Translations under genes and position numbers: made by a program | Part shown: positions 8,904 through 18,083 of the stretch, piece by piece | How the letters are laid out: the number at the start of each line of letters is the position of its first letter | How positions within the stretch are numbered: position 1 is the first letter of the stretch | Notes under the pieces: generated by a model | The model's input: the letters and a program-made list of their open reading frames with translations, nothing else | Told to the model about the DNA's origin: nothing | Databases searched by the model: none | Source of the DNA: an uncultured Bacteriovoracaceae bacterium | GTDB taxonomy: Bacteria; Bdellovibrionota; Bacteriovoracia; Bacteriovoracales; Bacteriovoracaceae | Assembly: GCA_964012805.1 (NCBI GenBank) | Contig: CAXGUD010000040.1 | Location: 1 to 33,235, forward strand | Direction: 5' to 3' | DNA length: 33,235 nt

Positions 8904-9476
8904 TCAGGTGTAAATCCTGGCCAAACTCATCGTGTACTTACCAGGTGCATAATTCTCAAACCTGTTCTTTTTTAAATCTTGGTACTTTTTTCCAGATTTT
9001 GCGTAGCTTGCGAAAGGAAAAATAGCAATTCCACCTCTTGGAGTAAATTCCCCCACAACTTCGAGGTATTTAGGCTTCATAATTTTGGCAAGGTCATTAC
9101 AAATTGTTTGAATGCAGTCTTCATGAAAATCGCCGTGGTTTCTAAAGCTGAATAGGTAAAGCTTTAAGCTTTTTGATTCAACCATTTTTTTGTCGGCAAC
9201 GTAATTGATATAAATTTTAGCAAAGTCTGGTTGATTTGTTTTTGGACACAAACTGGTAAACTCGGTGCAAACGAAAGTTGTCCAAGCTTCACTCCCAGGA
9301 TTTTTATTATCGAAAATTTCCAAGCTTTTTGGAGAATAAGTCGTAGGATACTGTGTGTCAATTTCTCCCAATCCTAAGTCTTTAAGTTCACCAGAAGCTC
9401 TCGAAGTAGAAATCTTCTTAGACCCTTTGCCGCTAGACTTAGATATTTTTTGATTCTTAGTTTCTTTCCTTGCCAT
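8904..9476 (-). CDS. queF: NADPH-dependent preQ0 reductase QueF (type I)
   Basis: EFTSLCPKTNQPDFA, QueF motif VESKSLKLYLFSFRN, FHE, FTPRGGI. Confidence 0.96.
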   Translation of the reverse strand: MARKETKNQKISKSSGKGSKKISTSRASGELKDLGLGEIDTQYPTTYSPKSLEIFDNKNPGSEAWTTFVCTEFTSLCPKTNQPDFAKIYINYVADKKMVESKSLKLYLFSFRNHGDFHEDCIQTICNDLAKIMKPKYLEVVGEFTPRGGIAIFPFASYAKSGKKYQDLKKNRFENYAPGKYTMSLARIYT

Positions 9477-9584
9477 AAAACTGCACCTTGCTATAGAAAT
9501 TACAAAAATGTTATTAAACTTTTAAGCTTAAAATTACGCTCAAAGCCATTTCTCCGATTTGGCTTTCCTAGCTCAAGGTTATCT

Positions 9585-12020
9585 ATGAAGAACACCGACA
9601 ACGCAAGAAGAAAAACAAAAATAGTCCTAGTTCAACTAGGTTCACCCAAGGCACCTACAGCAAAAGACTTAAGAGTCTTTTTAAAAGAGTTTTTAGGAGA
9701 CCCGCGAGTCGTGGATATCAACCCTCTCCTCTGGAAAATAATCCTTAACTTTTTCGTACTTCCTTTTAGACCGGCCCGCTCTGCAAAGCTCTACAAGAGG
9801 ATATGGGATGGGCAAAGCTTCCCTCTCATTGAAAATACAAAAAAGTTTGCAAAAAAAGTCGAAGCTATGCTTCCTGAAGAGGCCAAAGAAGTTGTTGAAA
9901 TTAACCACTGCTTTCTTTTAAGTGAACCAAAAATCAAAGATGTTTGGGATAGTTGGGAAAAAGACCTTGAAGAAGGCAATGATCCAGCGACAAGAGTCCT
10001 TGCTATTGCTCTCTTTCCTCAGTACTCAGAAAGCACAGTTGCTTCGGGGATGGACAACTTTTTTGGCGTTTTAAAAAACAAGGTTAAGATTCCTCCTTTT
10101 GAATTTTTAACCCATTTTCATAACTCCAAGGCGTTTATTGACAATAGTGTCAGGCAAATTGACCAGCACCTAGGACAGTGGAAAAAAGAAGGCAACCCAA
10201 GTAATAAACTCGTTATATCATTTCACGGGATTCCTAAAAGAAGGGTTATATATAAGGGTGACATCTATTTCTTGCAATGCTTTGAAACCTATAAACTCAT
10301 AGCCCAGAGGCTTAAAGAAATTGAGCCTCACGATGTCCATATGACTTTCCAGTCCCGCTTTGGATCCGAGGAATGGCTTACCCCTTATACAGATGAGTTT
10401 GCCATAGACCTCGTCGAACAAGGCCATAAGAACCTGGCTTTTTACTGCCCAAGCTTCGTTGCTGACTGCTTAGAAACAACAGATGAAATTGGGCACGAAC
10501 TTTCTGAGGAAGTTGAGGAAGTAGGTGGGAAGGTTCAATACATTCCCTGCCTCAATGATGATGATCAGTGGTGTAAAGACTTTTCCGAATTTGCTTACCG
10601 CCAAGCCGAAAGTTCACAAGAGGAGAAAGGTAAGGACTTTTATCAACTAGAAAAGAAGGATTATGAAGAAATGCCTGTTCAAAAAATGGAATCTCCTCCT
10701 CTTACAGATAACGCCAAAAGTAGTTTAAAAATTGTTTTCTTGACTCTCTTTTTAGACCTTGTAGGCTTTTCTATTATTTTCCCTCTCTTTCCAGCGCTCG
10801 CAAAACACTATATTGCGGTTGATGGCGATAACTATTTTCTTAACCTAATCTTTGGCTCTATTACGAACTTCGCCCAAACAGGGGGAGCTGAAAACTTTAA
10901 CTCAATTGTTCTTTTTGGTGGAGCACTTGGGGCCCTCTACTCTTTTTTACAATTTGTAGCAGCACCTCTTTGGGGTGGTCTTTCCGATAGGATTGGAAGA
11001 AGACCCGTCCTTCTCTTCTCCGTTTTTGGATTGGCCTTAAGTTACCTTCTTTGGTTCTTTTCAGGCTCCTTTACTCTTCTTATCTTGGCCCGGTTTATCG
11101 GCGGTATTATGGGTGGAAATATTTCTACTGCGACAGCCGTCGTTGCAGATGTCACACAAAAAGAAAACAGAGCTAAAGGGATGGCGACAATTGGAATCGC
11201 CTTTGCTTTAGGCTTCATACTAGGGCCTGCTATGGGTGGCCTTCTTTCAATGATAGACCTTACTCAATATTACCCAGCTCTTAAAGATTACGGAGTCAAT
11301 CCATTTTCCATGCCGGCCCTTCTTGCTTTTATTCTCTCGGCTTTTAACCTTTTCTATCTTGCTAAAAAGTTTAAAGAGACACTTCCTCCAGAGAAGAGAG
11401 GCCAGTCTAAAAATCAAAGAGTCACAAACCCATTCAAGCTTTTCAAACCTCTGCCCTACGAAGGAGTAAACCTTACAAACTTTGGTCACTTCCTTTTCTT
11501 AGCTGCCTTTTCTGGGATGGAGTTTACTCTCACATTTTTGGCGGTGGAAAGGTTAAGCTACACTTCTATGGACAATGCTTATATGTTCATCTTTATCGGA
11601 GTTTTAATTGCTCTTGTTCAAGGAGGGTATGTCAGAAGAAAGGCGGCCATCAAGGGTGAAAAAAACATGGCCCTCCAAGGACTTGTCTTTCTTATACCAG
11701 GTCTTATAGCCATTGGACTTACCAATGCTACATGGTCACTTTACCTAGGTCTCTTTTTCTTAGCAGTGGGATCATCCATGGTTATCCCTTGTTTGACTTC
11801 TTTAGTCTCTCTTTACACTCCACCTGAGTACCAGGGACAGAGTATCGGAATTTTTAGGTCACTAGGAGCTCTTGCAAGGGTTATAGGTCCTATTATAGCC
11901 TCCCTTCTCTACTGGAAAATGGGTTCTTCAACTCCCTACTTTCTGGGAGCTTTATTTCTAGTTATTCCTATCCTTATGGTAGGAAAACTTCCGCAACCTC
12001 TAAAAGAGAAATCTCTTTAA
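9585..12020 (+). CDS. hemH: Ferrochelatase fused to a DHA1/TetA-like MFS transporter
   Basis: N-terminal half: LVQLGSP, FLGDPRVVD, LFPQYS, SFHGIP, FQSRFG.EEWL.P, FVADCLET.DEI. C-terminal half: DLVGFSIIFP, motif A GGLSDRIGRR, motif C GFILGPAMGG. Start moved to ATG 9585 (AAGG upstream), which avoids overlap with queF. Confidence 0.88.
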   Translation: MKNTDNARRKTKIVLVQLGSPKAPTAKDLRVFLKEFLGDPRVVDINPLLWKIILNFFVLPFRPARSAKLYKRIWDGQSFPLIENTKKFAKKVEAMLPEEAKEVVEINHCFLLSEPKIKDVWDSWEKDLEEGNDPATRVLAIALFPQYSESTVASGMDNFFGVLKNKVKIPPFEFLTHFHNSKAFIDNSVRQIDQHLGQWKKEGNPSNKLVISFHGIPKRRVIYKGDIYFLQCFETYKLIAQRLKEIEPHDVHMTFQSRFGSEEWLTPYTDEFAIDLVEQGHKNLAFYCPSFVADCLETTDEIGHELSEEVEEVGGKVQYIPCLNDDDQWCKDFSEFAYRQAESSQEEKGKDFYQLEKKDYEEMPVQKMESPPLTDNAKSSLKIVFLTLFLDLVGFSIIFPLFPALAKHYIAVDGDNYFLNLIFGSITNFAQTGGAENFNSIVLFGGALGALYSFLQFVAAPLWGGLSDRIGRRPVLLFSVFGLALSYLLWFFSGSFTLLILARFIGGIMGGNISTATAVVADVTQKENRAKGMATIGIAFALGFILGPAMGGLLSMIDLTQYYPALKDYGVNPFSMPALLAFILSAFNLFYLAKKFKETLPPEKRGQSKNQRVTNPFKLFKPLPYEGVNLTNFGHFLFLAAFSGMEFTLTFLAVERLSYTSMDNAYMFIFIGVLIALVQGGYVRRKAAIKGEKNMALQGLVFLIPGLIAIGLTNATWSLYLGLFFLAVGSSMVIPCLTSLVSLYTPPEYQGQSIGIFRSLGALARVIGPIIASLLYWKMGSSTPYFLGALFLVIPILMVGKLPQPLKEKSL

Positions 12021-12031
12021 AAAAACTTAAA

Positions 12032-12066
12032 GGGACCTTTTTGTTAATAATTCCAAAAAAGGTCCC
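12032..12066. terminator. Inverted repeat, probable terminator after hemH-MFS
   Basis: GGGACCTTTTT ... AAAAAGGTCCC, 11-bp arms. No clear U-tract follows. Confidence 0.45.
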
Positions 12067-12131
12067 GACAAGTGTTCATAAGAAGAACAAGAATTACTTA
12101 AAGTTTAACTAATTAGGTAGGGTTCTATTTT

Positions 12132-12863
12132 ATGGATAAAAGAAGTCATTGGTCCTCTCGCTTGTTAGAAACACAAAAAAAAATTGATACCCTTTTTGAA
12201 AAATCTCGAAAAACTTACTCTAACCCGAAAGCTAGAGGCGAACTCAAAATAATTAATGAAGTTATTGAAGAAAAGCTGGGTGAGAGGGAAAAAAAACTTA
12301 AAGAAAAAGCTCGTCAAGAAACTCTGTTCTTAATGGAGAATTGGCATCTCATTAAAAGAAGGCTTGTGAATCCTTTAAATGAGTTTCTCCAAAGAAGAGT
12401 AAATCAAAAGTTTACTGACTCTGCTATTACTTCATTTCAAACGCTAGAGCTTACAGACCAGGTTGAGGGGCCTCTGCTTATTTCTGAAACTTATGAAAAC
12501 CATTTTTCCGGACCTAAATCATTAATGAGGGAGTTCTCTTATAAATACCAATTTCATAAATTTTGTCTATCGATGGGCATTTTTGAAAAAAATAGTATCT
12601 CCCATGAACTCGACATCCAAGACATTATTTATGAAGTAGGACAAGACTTTCACCAATTTATAAATAAAGACCTCGTTTTTGGACAAGTTTTTTCTCACTT
12701 CCCCAAAGACATCTTTAACCTAACTCTTTCAGATAACTACTTTACACCTCTTTTAAACGCATCTTTTAGTATCGAAGTTAATGGGTTAAAAAATATATTC
12801 TTTTTAATATTACCTTTTGAATTAACTAAGCATTACTTAATGGAATACGAAGACACTCTCTAA
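12132..12863 (+). CDS. Hypothetical protein
   Basis: 243-aa ORF with AGGG upstream and a coiled-coil-like N-terminus. No family recognised. Confidence 0.65.
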   Translation: MDKRSHWSSRLLETQKKIDTLFEKSRKTYSNPKARGELKIINEVIEEKLGEREKKLKEKARQETLFLMENWHLIKRRLVNPLNEFLQRRVNQKFTDSAITSFQTLELTDQVEGPLLISETYENHFSGPKSLMREFSYKYQFHKFCLSMGIFEKNSISHELDIQDIIYEVGQDFHQFINKDLVFGQVFSHFPKDIFNLTLSDNYFTPLLNASFSIEVNGLKNIFFLILPFELTKHYLMEYEDTL

Positions 12864-12886
12864 TATTAAGAAGGAATAAAGACTAA

Positions 12887-13639
12887 ATGAGAGGACAAGA
12901 ACTTAGGTCTTTCATATTTTCTACTTTCATCATCCTTTTGATTCTTCCACAATCGTCAAAAGGAGAATGGCAGTTTTCTGACTTCTTTAAAGAATGGGGC
13001 GCCCCTTTTACTGAGAAAAAAGTTACTCCCTATCTTTTTACTGGAGCAAGCATAACTACATTGCTTGTAGGTTTCCGTGATCAAATAGTTGAACCCTTTC
13101 AAAAAAATATCTCTGATAAAAAACCACTTGGTGATAACCTCGCTAAATTTGGTTATACTATGGGTAATATGGTTCCAAATGCTCTCTATATGGGATTTAT
13201 GTATGGTCATTATAAGTTTACAAAAAATAGAAAATCTTTTGACCGTGCTCTCCTTATGCTTAAAAGTAGTTCTTATTCTGGTCTAACAACACATGTTCTC
13301 AAGCAAATTGTAGATCAAAGAAGACCAAATAAGGGTAAAAGCACATCGTCTTTTCCTTCTGGTCACGCAACTTGTGCCTTTAGCTTTGCTTCTATTATCG
13401 GAATGGAGCATGAGTGGTATTGGGGCGTTGGAGCTTACACAATGGCAGCAATTGTAGCAATTAGCCGCATGAATGATAATGCTCATTACCTCCACGACGT
13501 TGTCTTTGGTTCAACAATAGGCATTACTTATGGGCTTGCACTTTACTATCAATCACAAAATAAAATTCCACCATCTTCTGTATTCTATCCTATAAAAATA
13601 GAAAATGGTTTAGGGCTCGGATATGCGATGGATTTTTGA
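12887..13639 (+). CDS. PAP2 family phosphatase
   Basis: KxxxxxxRP, SFPSGH and SRxxxxxHxxxD motifs. N-terminal signal/TM segment. Confidence 0.9.
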   Translation: MRGQELRSFIFSTFIILLILPQSSKGEWQFSDFFKEWGAPFTEKKVTPYLFTGASITTLLVGFRDQIVEPFQKNISDKKPLGDNLAKFGYTMGNMVPNALYMGFMYGHYKFTKNRKSFDRALLMLKSSSYSGLTTHVLKQIVDQRRPNKGKSTSSFPSGHATCAFSFASIIGMEHEWYWGVGAYTMAAIVAISRMNDNAHYLHDVVFGSTIGITYGLALYYQSQNKIPPSSVFYPIKIENGLGLGYAMDF

Positions 13640-13645
13640 TTAAAT

Positions 13646-14959
13646 TCATTGAACCATATGTAGAAACCTTTTTTCAGTGAGAGACTTTCTTAAAAAAAGG
13701 GCAAGGTTTCTTTGCTCTTTTTGACTTAAGTTTAAGTGAAGAGGAAGACGGCGGGAGGCATTTCTAAAAAGCAATTTATTCGCCTCTTCATCATATTGAG
13801 AAATAAAAGAAAAATGGTAATTTTTACCAAAAAGCTCATTTATTTTATCAGCAGAATAACTGTTAATTGATTCGATTGGCTCGTTATAGTGAGTAATAAC
13901 ATCCTCTAAAGAGGTCATAGATCCGTTATGAAAATAGGGAGCTGTAAGACCAACATTTCTTAATGGGGGAACCAAAAACTGGAACGCAGACCCTTTTCTT
14001 TTATTTATTTTCCTTCTTCCATCATCCATAAATTTTTTATTTAACGAAAGGTGAGGAACAATAATATTTTCAAACCCAAAGTTTGTAAGATGTTTTCCAT
14101 TATGGCACATAAAACATCTTCCTTTGCTAGTAAAAATTAAAGCTCCTCTTTTCTCTGGTAAGCTTAAAGCTTTGGTATCCCCTCTCAAATAACTGTCCCA
14201 ACCGGTTTCCCTAGTTGTAAATTCCACATCCTGAAAATGGGCCAAAGCTTTTCCAACATGACCAATATTCCAATTTTCATCTGGGAAAGCTTTTTGGAAC
14301 ATTTTTTGGTAACTTTTCCGATTCAAAACTCGTCTAAGAATTTCATCCCAAACTTCTCTATCAGAAAGATCCGAAAATTGATGGCCTCGCATCTCAATTT
14401 CATTGATTAAAGGGAAAAGGCTTTGTACTGCCGATGCATTTTCCAATTGATCAACAATATCTTCAAAAAAAGGTTTCTCTCCGTTTAGATTGGGATTTGG
14501 GGTTTTAAAAGCCTTGGGCTTTAATTTAAATTGAACTCTTCCATCCCAAAATAGCCTACTAAAGCCAGGATGAGTTTTATTGTAAAGAGGTGGGGCATTT
14601 CTTAATGTGGTCATGCCTGAACCTTGCTTTCTCTCTAAACCATCTCCTTTTCCACCTGTTCCAATAGATAAAGGGAGACCATCGCCAGTTCCTAGGTTAG
14701 GTTGGTGGCAAGTAATGCATGCAGTATCACCTGCCATTGAAATTTTTTTATCCGAAAAAAGAGATTTACCTAAATTATAAAGATGGACACTTTTTTTCGA
14801 CGGAACTCTCGTAGGAGCATACCTAAAACGTGAAATAAAAATTTTTAATTCTTCATCTAATTGCCTTTCAGAAACCTCTCTTTCTTGACTATTGGTACTT
14901 GTTAATAAAGATAAAAAAAGAAAGGGAATGCACAAATATACCTTTTTTACTTTTCTCAT
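13646..14959 (-). CDS. Di-heme cytochrome c peroxidase superfamily protein (bCCP/MauG family)
   Basis: Signal peptide, CITCH and CFMCH heme motifs, RNAPPLYN, LFWDGR, PPLRNVGLTAPYFHNG. Confidence 0.9.
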   Translation of the reverse strand: MRKVKKVYLCIPFLFLSLLTSTNSQEREVSERQLDEELKIFISRFRYAPTRVPSKKSVHLYNLGKSLFSDKKISMAGDTACITCHQPNLGTGDGLPLSIGTGGKGDGLERKQGSGMTTLRNAPPLYNKTHPGFSRLFWDGRVQFKLKPKAFKTPNPNLNGEKPFFEDIVDQLENASAVQSLFPLINEIEMRGHQFSDLSDREVWDEILRRVLNRKSYQKMFQKAFPDENWNIGHVGKALAHFQDVEFTTRETGWDSYLRGDTKALSLPEKRGALIFTSKGRCFMCHNGKHLTNFGFENIIVPHLSLNKKFMDDGRRKINKRKGSAFQFLVPPLRNVGLTAPYFHNGSMTSLEDVITHYNEPIESINSYSADKINELFGKNYHFSFISQYDEEANKLLFRNASRRLPLHLNLSQKEQRNLALFLRKSLTEKRFLHMVQ

Positions 14960-15495
14960 ACCTCAGCTCTTACTTCCTCTATTTCGATTTTAGATATTCT
15001 GGTCATTTCTTCCCTAAGCTGAGCGATCCATTTTTTTATTCTCCCTTCAGATAAATCATCTTGATTTTCCACATCTAGAATAAGTCCCAGAAACTTACCG
15101 TCTCTAAGGGCAGTTGATTCTTCAAACTCGTAACCCTCTTTAGGCCATAAACCTATATGATTAAATTTTTTATCCTTAATCGCATCGTAAATAGTTCCAA
15201 CTCCATCACAAAAGGTTTCACCGTAACCCTCTTGGTCTCCGACTCCTACAAATGCTACAAATTTATTTTCAAGGTTAGCACTTTCGATTTCGGAAAGCTG
15301 AAGGTCCCAATCATCCTGAAGGTCACCACTACCCCAGGTTGAAGTTGCAAGAATAATGAGGTCGAACTTTTCAAAATCGTCACTAGAAATATCGGAAACG
15401 TTATGTACAACACCTTCACCTAGATGCTTGTGAATTGTCTGGCACAAAGTTTCGCAATTTCCAGTCTGGCTTCCAAAAAAAATTCCAGCTTCCAT
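14956..15495 (-). CDS. fldA: Long-chain flavodoxin
   Basis: FGSQTGNCE, STWGSGDLQDDW, GVGDQEGY..TFCD, FLGL.LD..NQ. GGAGG RBS. Confidence 0.92.
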   Translation of the reverse strand: MEAGIFFGSQTGNCETLCQTIHKHLGEGVVHNVSDISSDDFEKFDLIILATSTWGSGDLQDDWDLQLSEIESANLENKFVAFVGVGDQEGYGETFCDGVGTIYDAIKDKKFNHIGLWPKEGYEFEESTALRDGKFLGLILDVENQDDLSEGRIKKWIAQLREEMTRISKIEIEEVRAEV

Positions 15496-15782
15496 GAGTT
15501 TTCCTCCATTGATTAAGCTCTTCCTACTTTTGAGCTCAATGAGTTTAGATATTAAAATAAAAGTTTAAATAATCAAACTTTTTTTTCAATCACTTAACTT
15601 TAAACCATGGCAAACGAAAGTTTAGGAGCATATCAACTTTCAAACTTTTTAATTTCACACCTACATTTGTCTTTCTTTCCCACAAAAGTATTTAAAACAA
15701 ACATTGCAGAAACCGCTGTTTAAAGCCCTATCAAGCTATTTTAGATGCTAATATTAATCATCAAAACTTTTCAGGAGGGTTT

Positions 15783-16247
15783 ATGAAAGGACATCCGGAT
15801 ATGATTGCAATTTTAAATCAACTACTCACCAATGAAATCACTGCAGGCAATCAATTCATTCTTCACTCAAGAATGATAAAAAACTGGGGTCTCGAATCTC
15901 TCGGTAAAAAAGAATACGATGCTTCAATGGAAGAGATGGTGCATGCTGATAAAGTTATTCAAAGAATCCTCTTCCTTGAAGGAGTTCCCAATGTACAAAA
16001 GATTGACCGCATTAGCATAGGTCTTAAAATTAAAGATATTATTAAAGCAGACCTCAAGCATGAAATAAAAGCTCTTGATGATCTCAAGGGATTCATTAAA
16101 AAGGCTGAGGAACTTGAAGATTACGGATCAAGAGAGCTTTTTATGGAAATCTATAAATGCGAGGAAGACCATATAGACTGGCTTGAAACGCAACTAGAAC
16201 TTATTGAAAGACTTGGTGAGCAAAACTATATGCAAAGCCAAATGTAG
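15783..16247 (+). CDS. bfr: Bacterioferritin
   Basis: MKG start. Ferroxidase ligands E18, E51, H54, E94, E127, H130 and heme ligand M52. EEDHIDWLETQL. Confidence 0.95.
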   Translation: MKGHPDMIAILNQLLTNEITAGNQFILHSRMIKNWGLESLGKKEYDASMEEMVHADKVIQRILFLEGVPNVQKIDRISIGLKIKDIIKADLKHEIKALDDLKGFIKKAEELEDYGSRELFMEIYKCEEDHIDWLETQLELIERLGEQNYMQSQM

Positions 16248-16377
16248 TTTTAAATTGAATCCAGTTTTCTTTGTGACTCAAAATTCACCTTATTTTTAAA
16301 CAAAATATATTTACCTAATCGTTATTTAGTATATTATTAAATATCAACAACTGAAGTTTGTCCTGGACTATTATTGT

Positions 16378-16406
16378 TTGATGACTCAAACCTCCTGTGA
16401 TAGAAT
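16378..16406 (+). promoter_or_regulatory. Sigma70-like promoter of the Fe3+-binding protein gene
   Basis: TTGATG, 17-nt spacer, TAGAAT with an extended TG. A TGAC-N6-GTCA dyad lies just downstream (16413-16426). Confidence 0.45.
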
Positions 16407-16449
16407 TCGTCTTGACATTTACGTCACATAATTTAGCAGAGGAAAAAGA

Positions 16450-17490
16450 ATGAAAACAATAGTTATATTTCTTGTAAGCCTTGTGGCTTTTTTAAGCTTT
16501 AATGTACATTCGAAAGAAAAAAATGAAGTCAACCTCTACTCTTACAGACAAGAGTTTCTTCTCAGACCTTTTTTAAAAGTCTTTGAAGAAAAAACAGGAA
16601 TCAAAGTCAACGTATTTTTCACCAAAAAAGGCCTTATCGAAAGGCTAAAAAGTGAAGGAAAAAACACTCCTGCAGACGCTGTTCTCACCGTTGATATAGG
16701 TAACCTTTCCACAATAGCAAACCTAGGGCTTTTTCAAACTTTTGACTCAAAAATTATTTCAAAAAATATTCCTAAAAAGTTTCGACATGAGAACAATCTT
16801 TGGGTTGGTCTTTCAGCAAGAGCAAGAATCATATACTACTCAAAAGATAGAATTGATCTAAAAGACCTCAAATCCTATAAGGATTTAACCAATAAAAAGT
16901 TTAAAGGAAAAATCTGTAGCCGTTCGGGACTTCATAACTATAATTTGGCCCTTCTTTCTTCGATGATTCACCACCACGGAGAAGAATACTCACTAAAGTG
17001 GGCAAAAACACTTAAGGAGAACCTCGCAAGAAAACCTCAAGGGAATGACAGAGCACAGGTAAAGGCCATCTCAGAAGGCCTATGTGACCTTGCATTGGGC
17101 AATACATACTACATGGGAAAAATGCTTGAAAACCCGAAGCAAAGAGGATGGGCCGCTTCTACTGGAATCTTCTTTCCTGATCAAAAAGGAGTTGGAACTC
17201 ATGTTAACTTAAGCGGAGCTGGTATTACCAAACATGCTAAGAATAAGGAAAATGCAATCAAGCTCATTGAATTTCTTTCTGGAGACTTAGCTCAACATAT
17301 GTATGCTCATGTAAACCACGAATACCCTTTGAAAAAAGGCGTTAACCTTTCTCTCATCGTTCAATCTTTTGGGAAAATGCAAGATGGAATAGATAAAGGA
17401 TCTTTTAAACAAGACCTAACTTCACTTCCAAAGCTTGGTTCACTTAGAGAGAAAGCTATAAGGATTATGCAGAAAGCCGGATTTAATTAA
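16450..17490 (+). CDS. Fe(3+) ABC transporter substrate-binding protein (FutA/FbpA-like)
   Basis: VNLYSYR, PADAVLTVDIG, GLSARAR, PQGNDRAQVKAI, NTYY iron-ligand tyrosines, GTHVN.SG. Confidence 0.92.
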   Translation: MKTIVIFLVSLVAFLSFNVHSKEKNEVNLYSYRQEFLLRPFLKVFEEKTGIKVNVFFTKKGLIERLKSEGKNTPADAVLTVDIGNLSTIANLGLFQTFDSKIISKNIPKKFRHENNLWVGLSARARIIYYSKDRIDLKDLKSYKDLTNKKFKGKICSRSGLHNYNLALLSSMIHHHGEEYSLKWAKTLKENLARKPQGNDRAQVKAISEGLCDLALGNTYYMGKMLENPKQRGWAASTGIFFPDQKGVGTHVNLSGAGITKHAKNKENAIKLIEFLSGDLAQHMYAHVNHEYPLKKGVNLSLIVQSFGKMQDGIDKGSFKQDLTSLPKLGSLREKAIRIMQKAGFN

Positions 17491-17509
17491 TTAAAAAATA
17501 ATTAGAAAG

Positions 17510-17540
17510 AGCCAATCCTTCTTTATAAGAAGGATTGGTT
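17510..17540. terminator. Hairpin between convergent genes, probable bidirectional terminator
   Basis: CCAATCCTTCTT-TAT-AAGAAGGATTGG, perfect 12-bp stem followed by TTTT. Confidence 0.65.
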
Positions 17541-17774
17541 TTCATCGGAAATTTCTTTTTGAAACCTTTTATTCAAACTATGATCTACTTTGTTTGTTTT
17601 ACAAAAAACGTTAACAAGATCATAAAGCTCACCTTTAAAACCTTTATCAATATTATTTTTTGCTTGTAAGTAAATGTGGTTCATTATCTTTTGTAACATT
17701 AATGTATTAAAATGAGAGTCATTTGTTAAATCACTCTTTATCTTTTTTCTGTTAAAGTTTAAAATATCGGCCAT
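17523..17774 (-). CDS. Small hypothetical protein
   Basis: 83-aa ORF with AGGGTG upstream. Co-oriented with the preceding operon. Confidence 0.55.
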   Translation of the reverse strand: MADILNFNRKKIKSDLTNDSHFNTLMLQKIMNHIYLQAKNNIDKGFKGELYDLVNVFCKTNKVDHSLNKRFQKEISDENQSFL

Positions 17775-17822
17775 AAGACACCCTAATTAATTGTTCTTCA
17801 AAAAGGAAATGAGAGGTCATTC

Positions 17823-18071
17823 TTAAGCTTTAAGCAAACTTAGAAAATTATTTTCTCTCAATTTCTTTTCTCTTCTTCTTTGTTCTTCTTCTTTTTCGGC
17901 TTTTTCCCTCATTGCTAAGATTCTGTTTTCGGCCATTTTTACAACTTCAGCATGCTTTAAAAAGCTTTCAGTATCTAGTTTCAAAGAGACATCCCCCAAG
18001 AAAAGTGTGACTGTGTCACACTTTCCGCAGAGTCCAATTTTAATACTTTTTTTATTGTTACAAGAACTCAT
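17823..18071 (-). CDS. Small CxxC-containing hypothetical protein
   Basis: GGGAG RBS. CGKC followed by a beta-strand and helix pattern (VTLFLGDVSLKLDTESF) and a charged tail. Confidence 0.7.
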   Translation of the reverse strand: MSSCNNKKSIKIGLCGKCDTVTLFLGDVSLKLDTESFLKHAEVVKMAENRILAMREKAEKEEEQRRREKKLRENNFLSLLKA

Positions 18072-18083
18072 TTTTAATCTCCC

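Noticed and set aside
9450..9584. N-terminal extension of the 856-aa ORF
   Set aside because: The TTG start overlaps queF on the opposite strand. Ferrochelatase similarity begins after ATG 9585.
9477..9584. preQ1 riboswitch upstream of queF
   Set aside because: No preQ1-I stem-loop with an A-rich tail is visible. There is only a short AAAGCCA/TGGCTTT hairpin.
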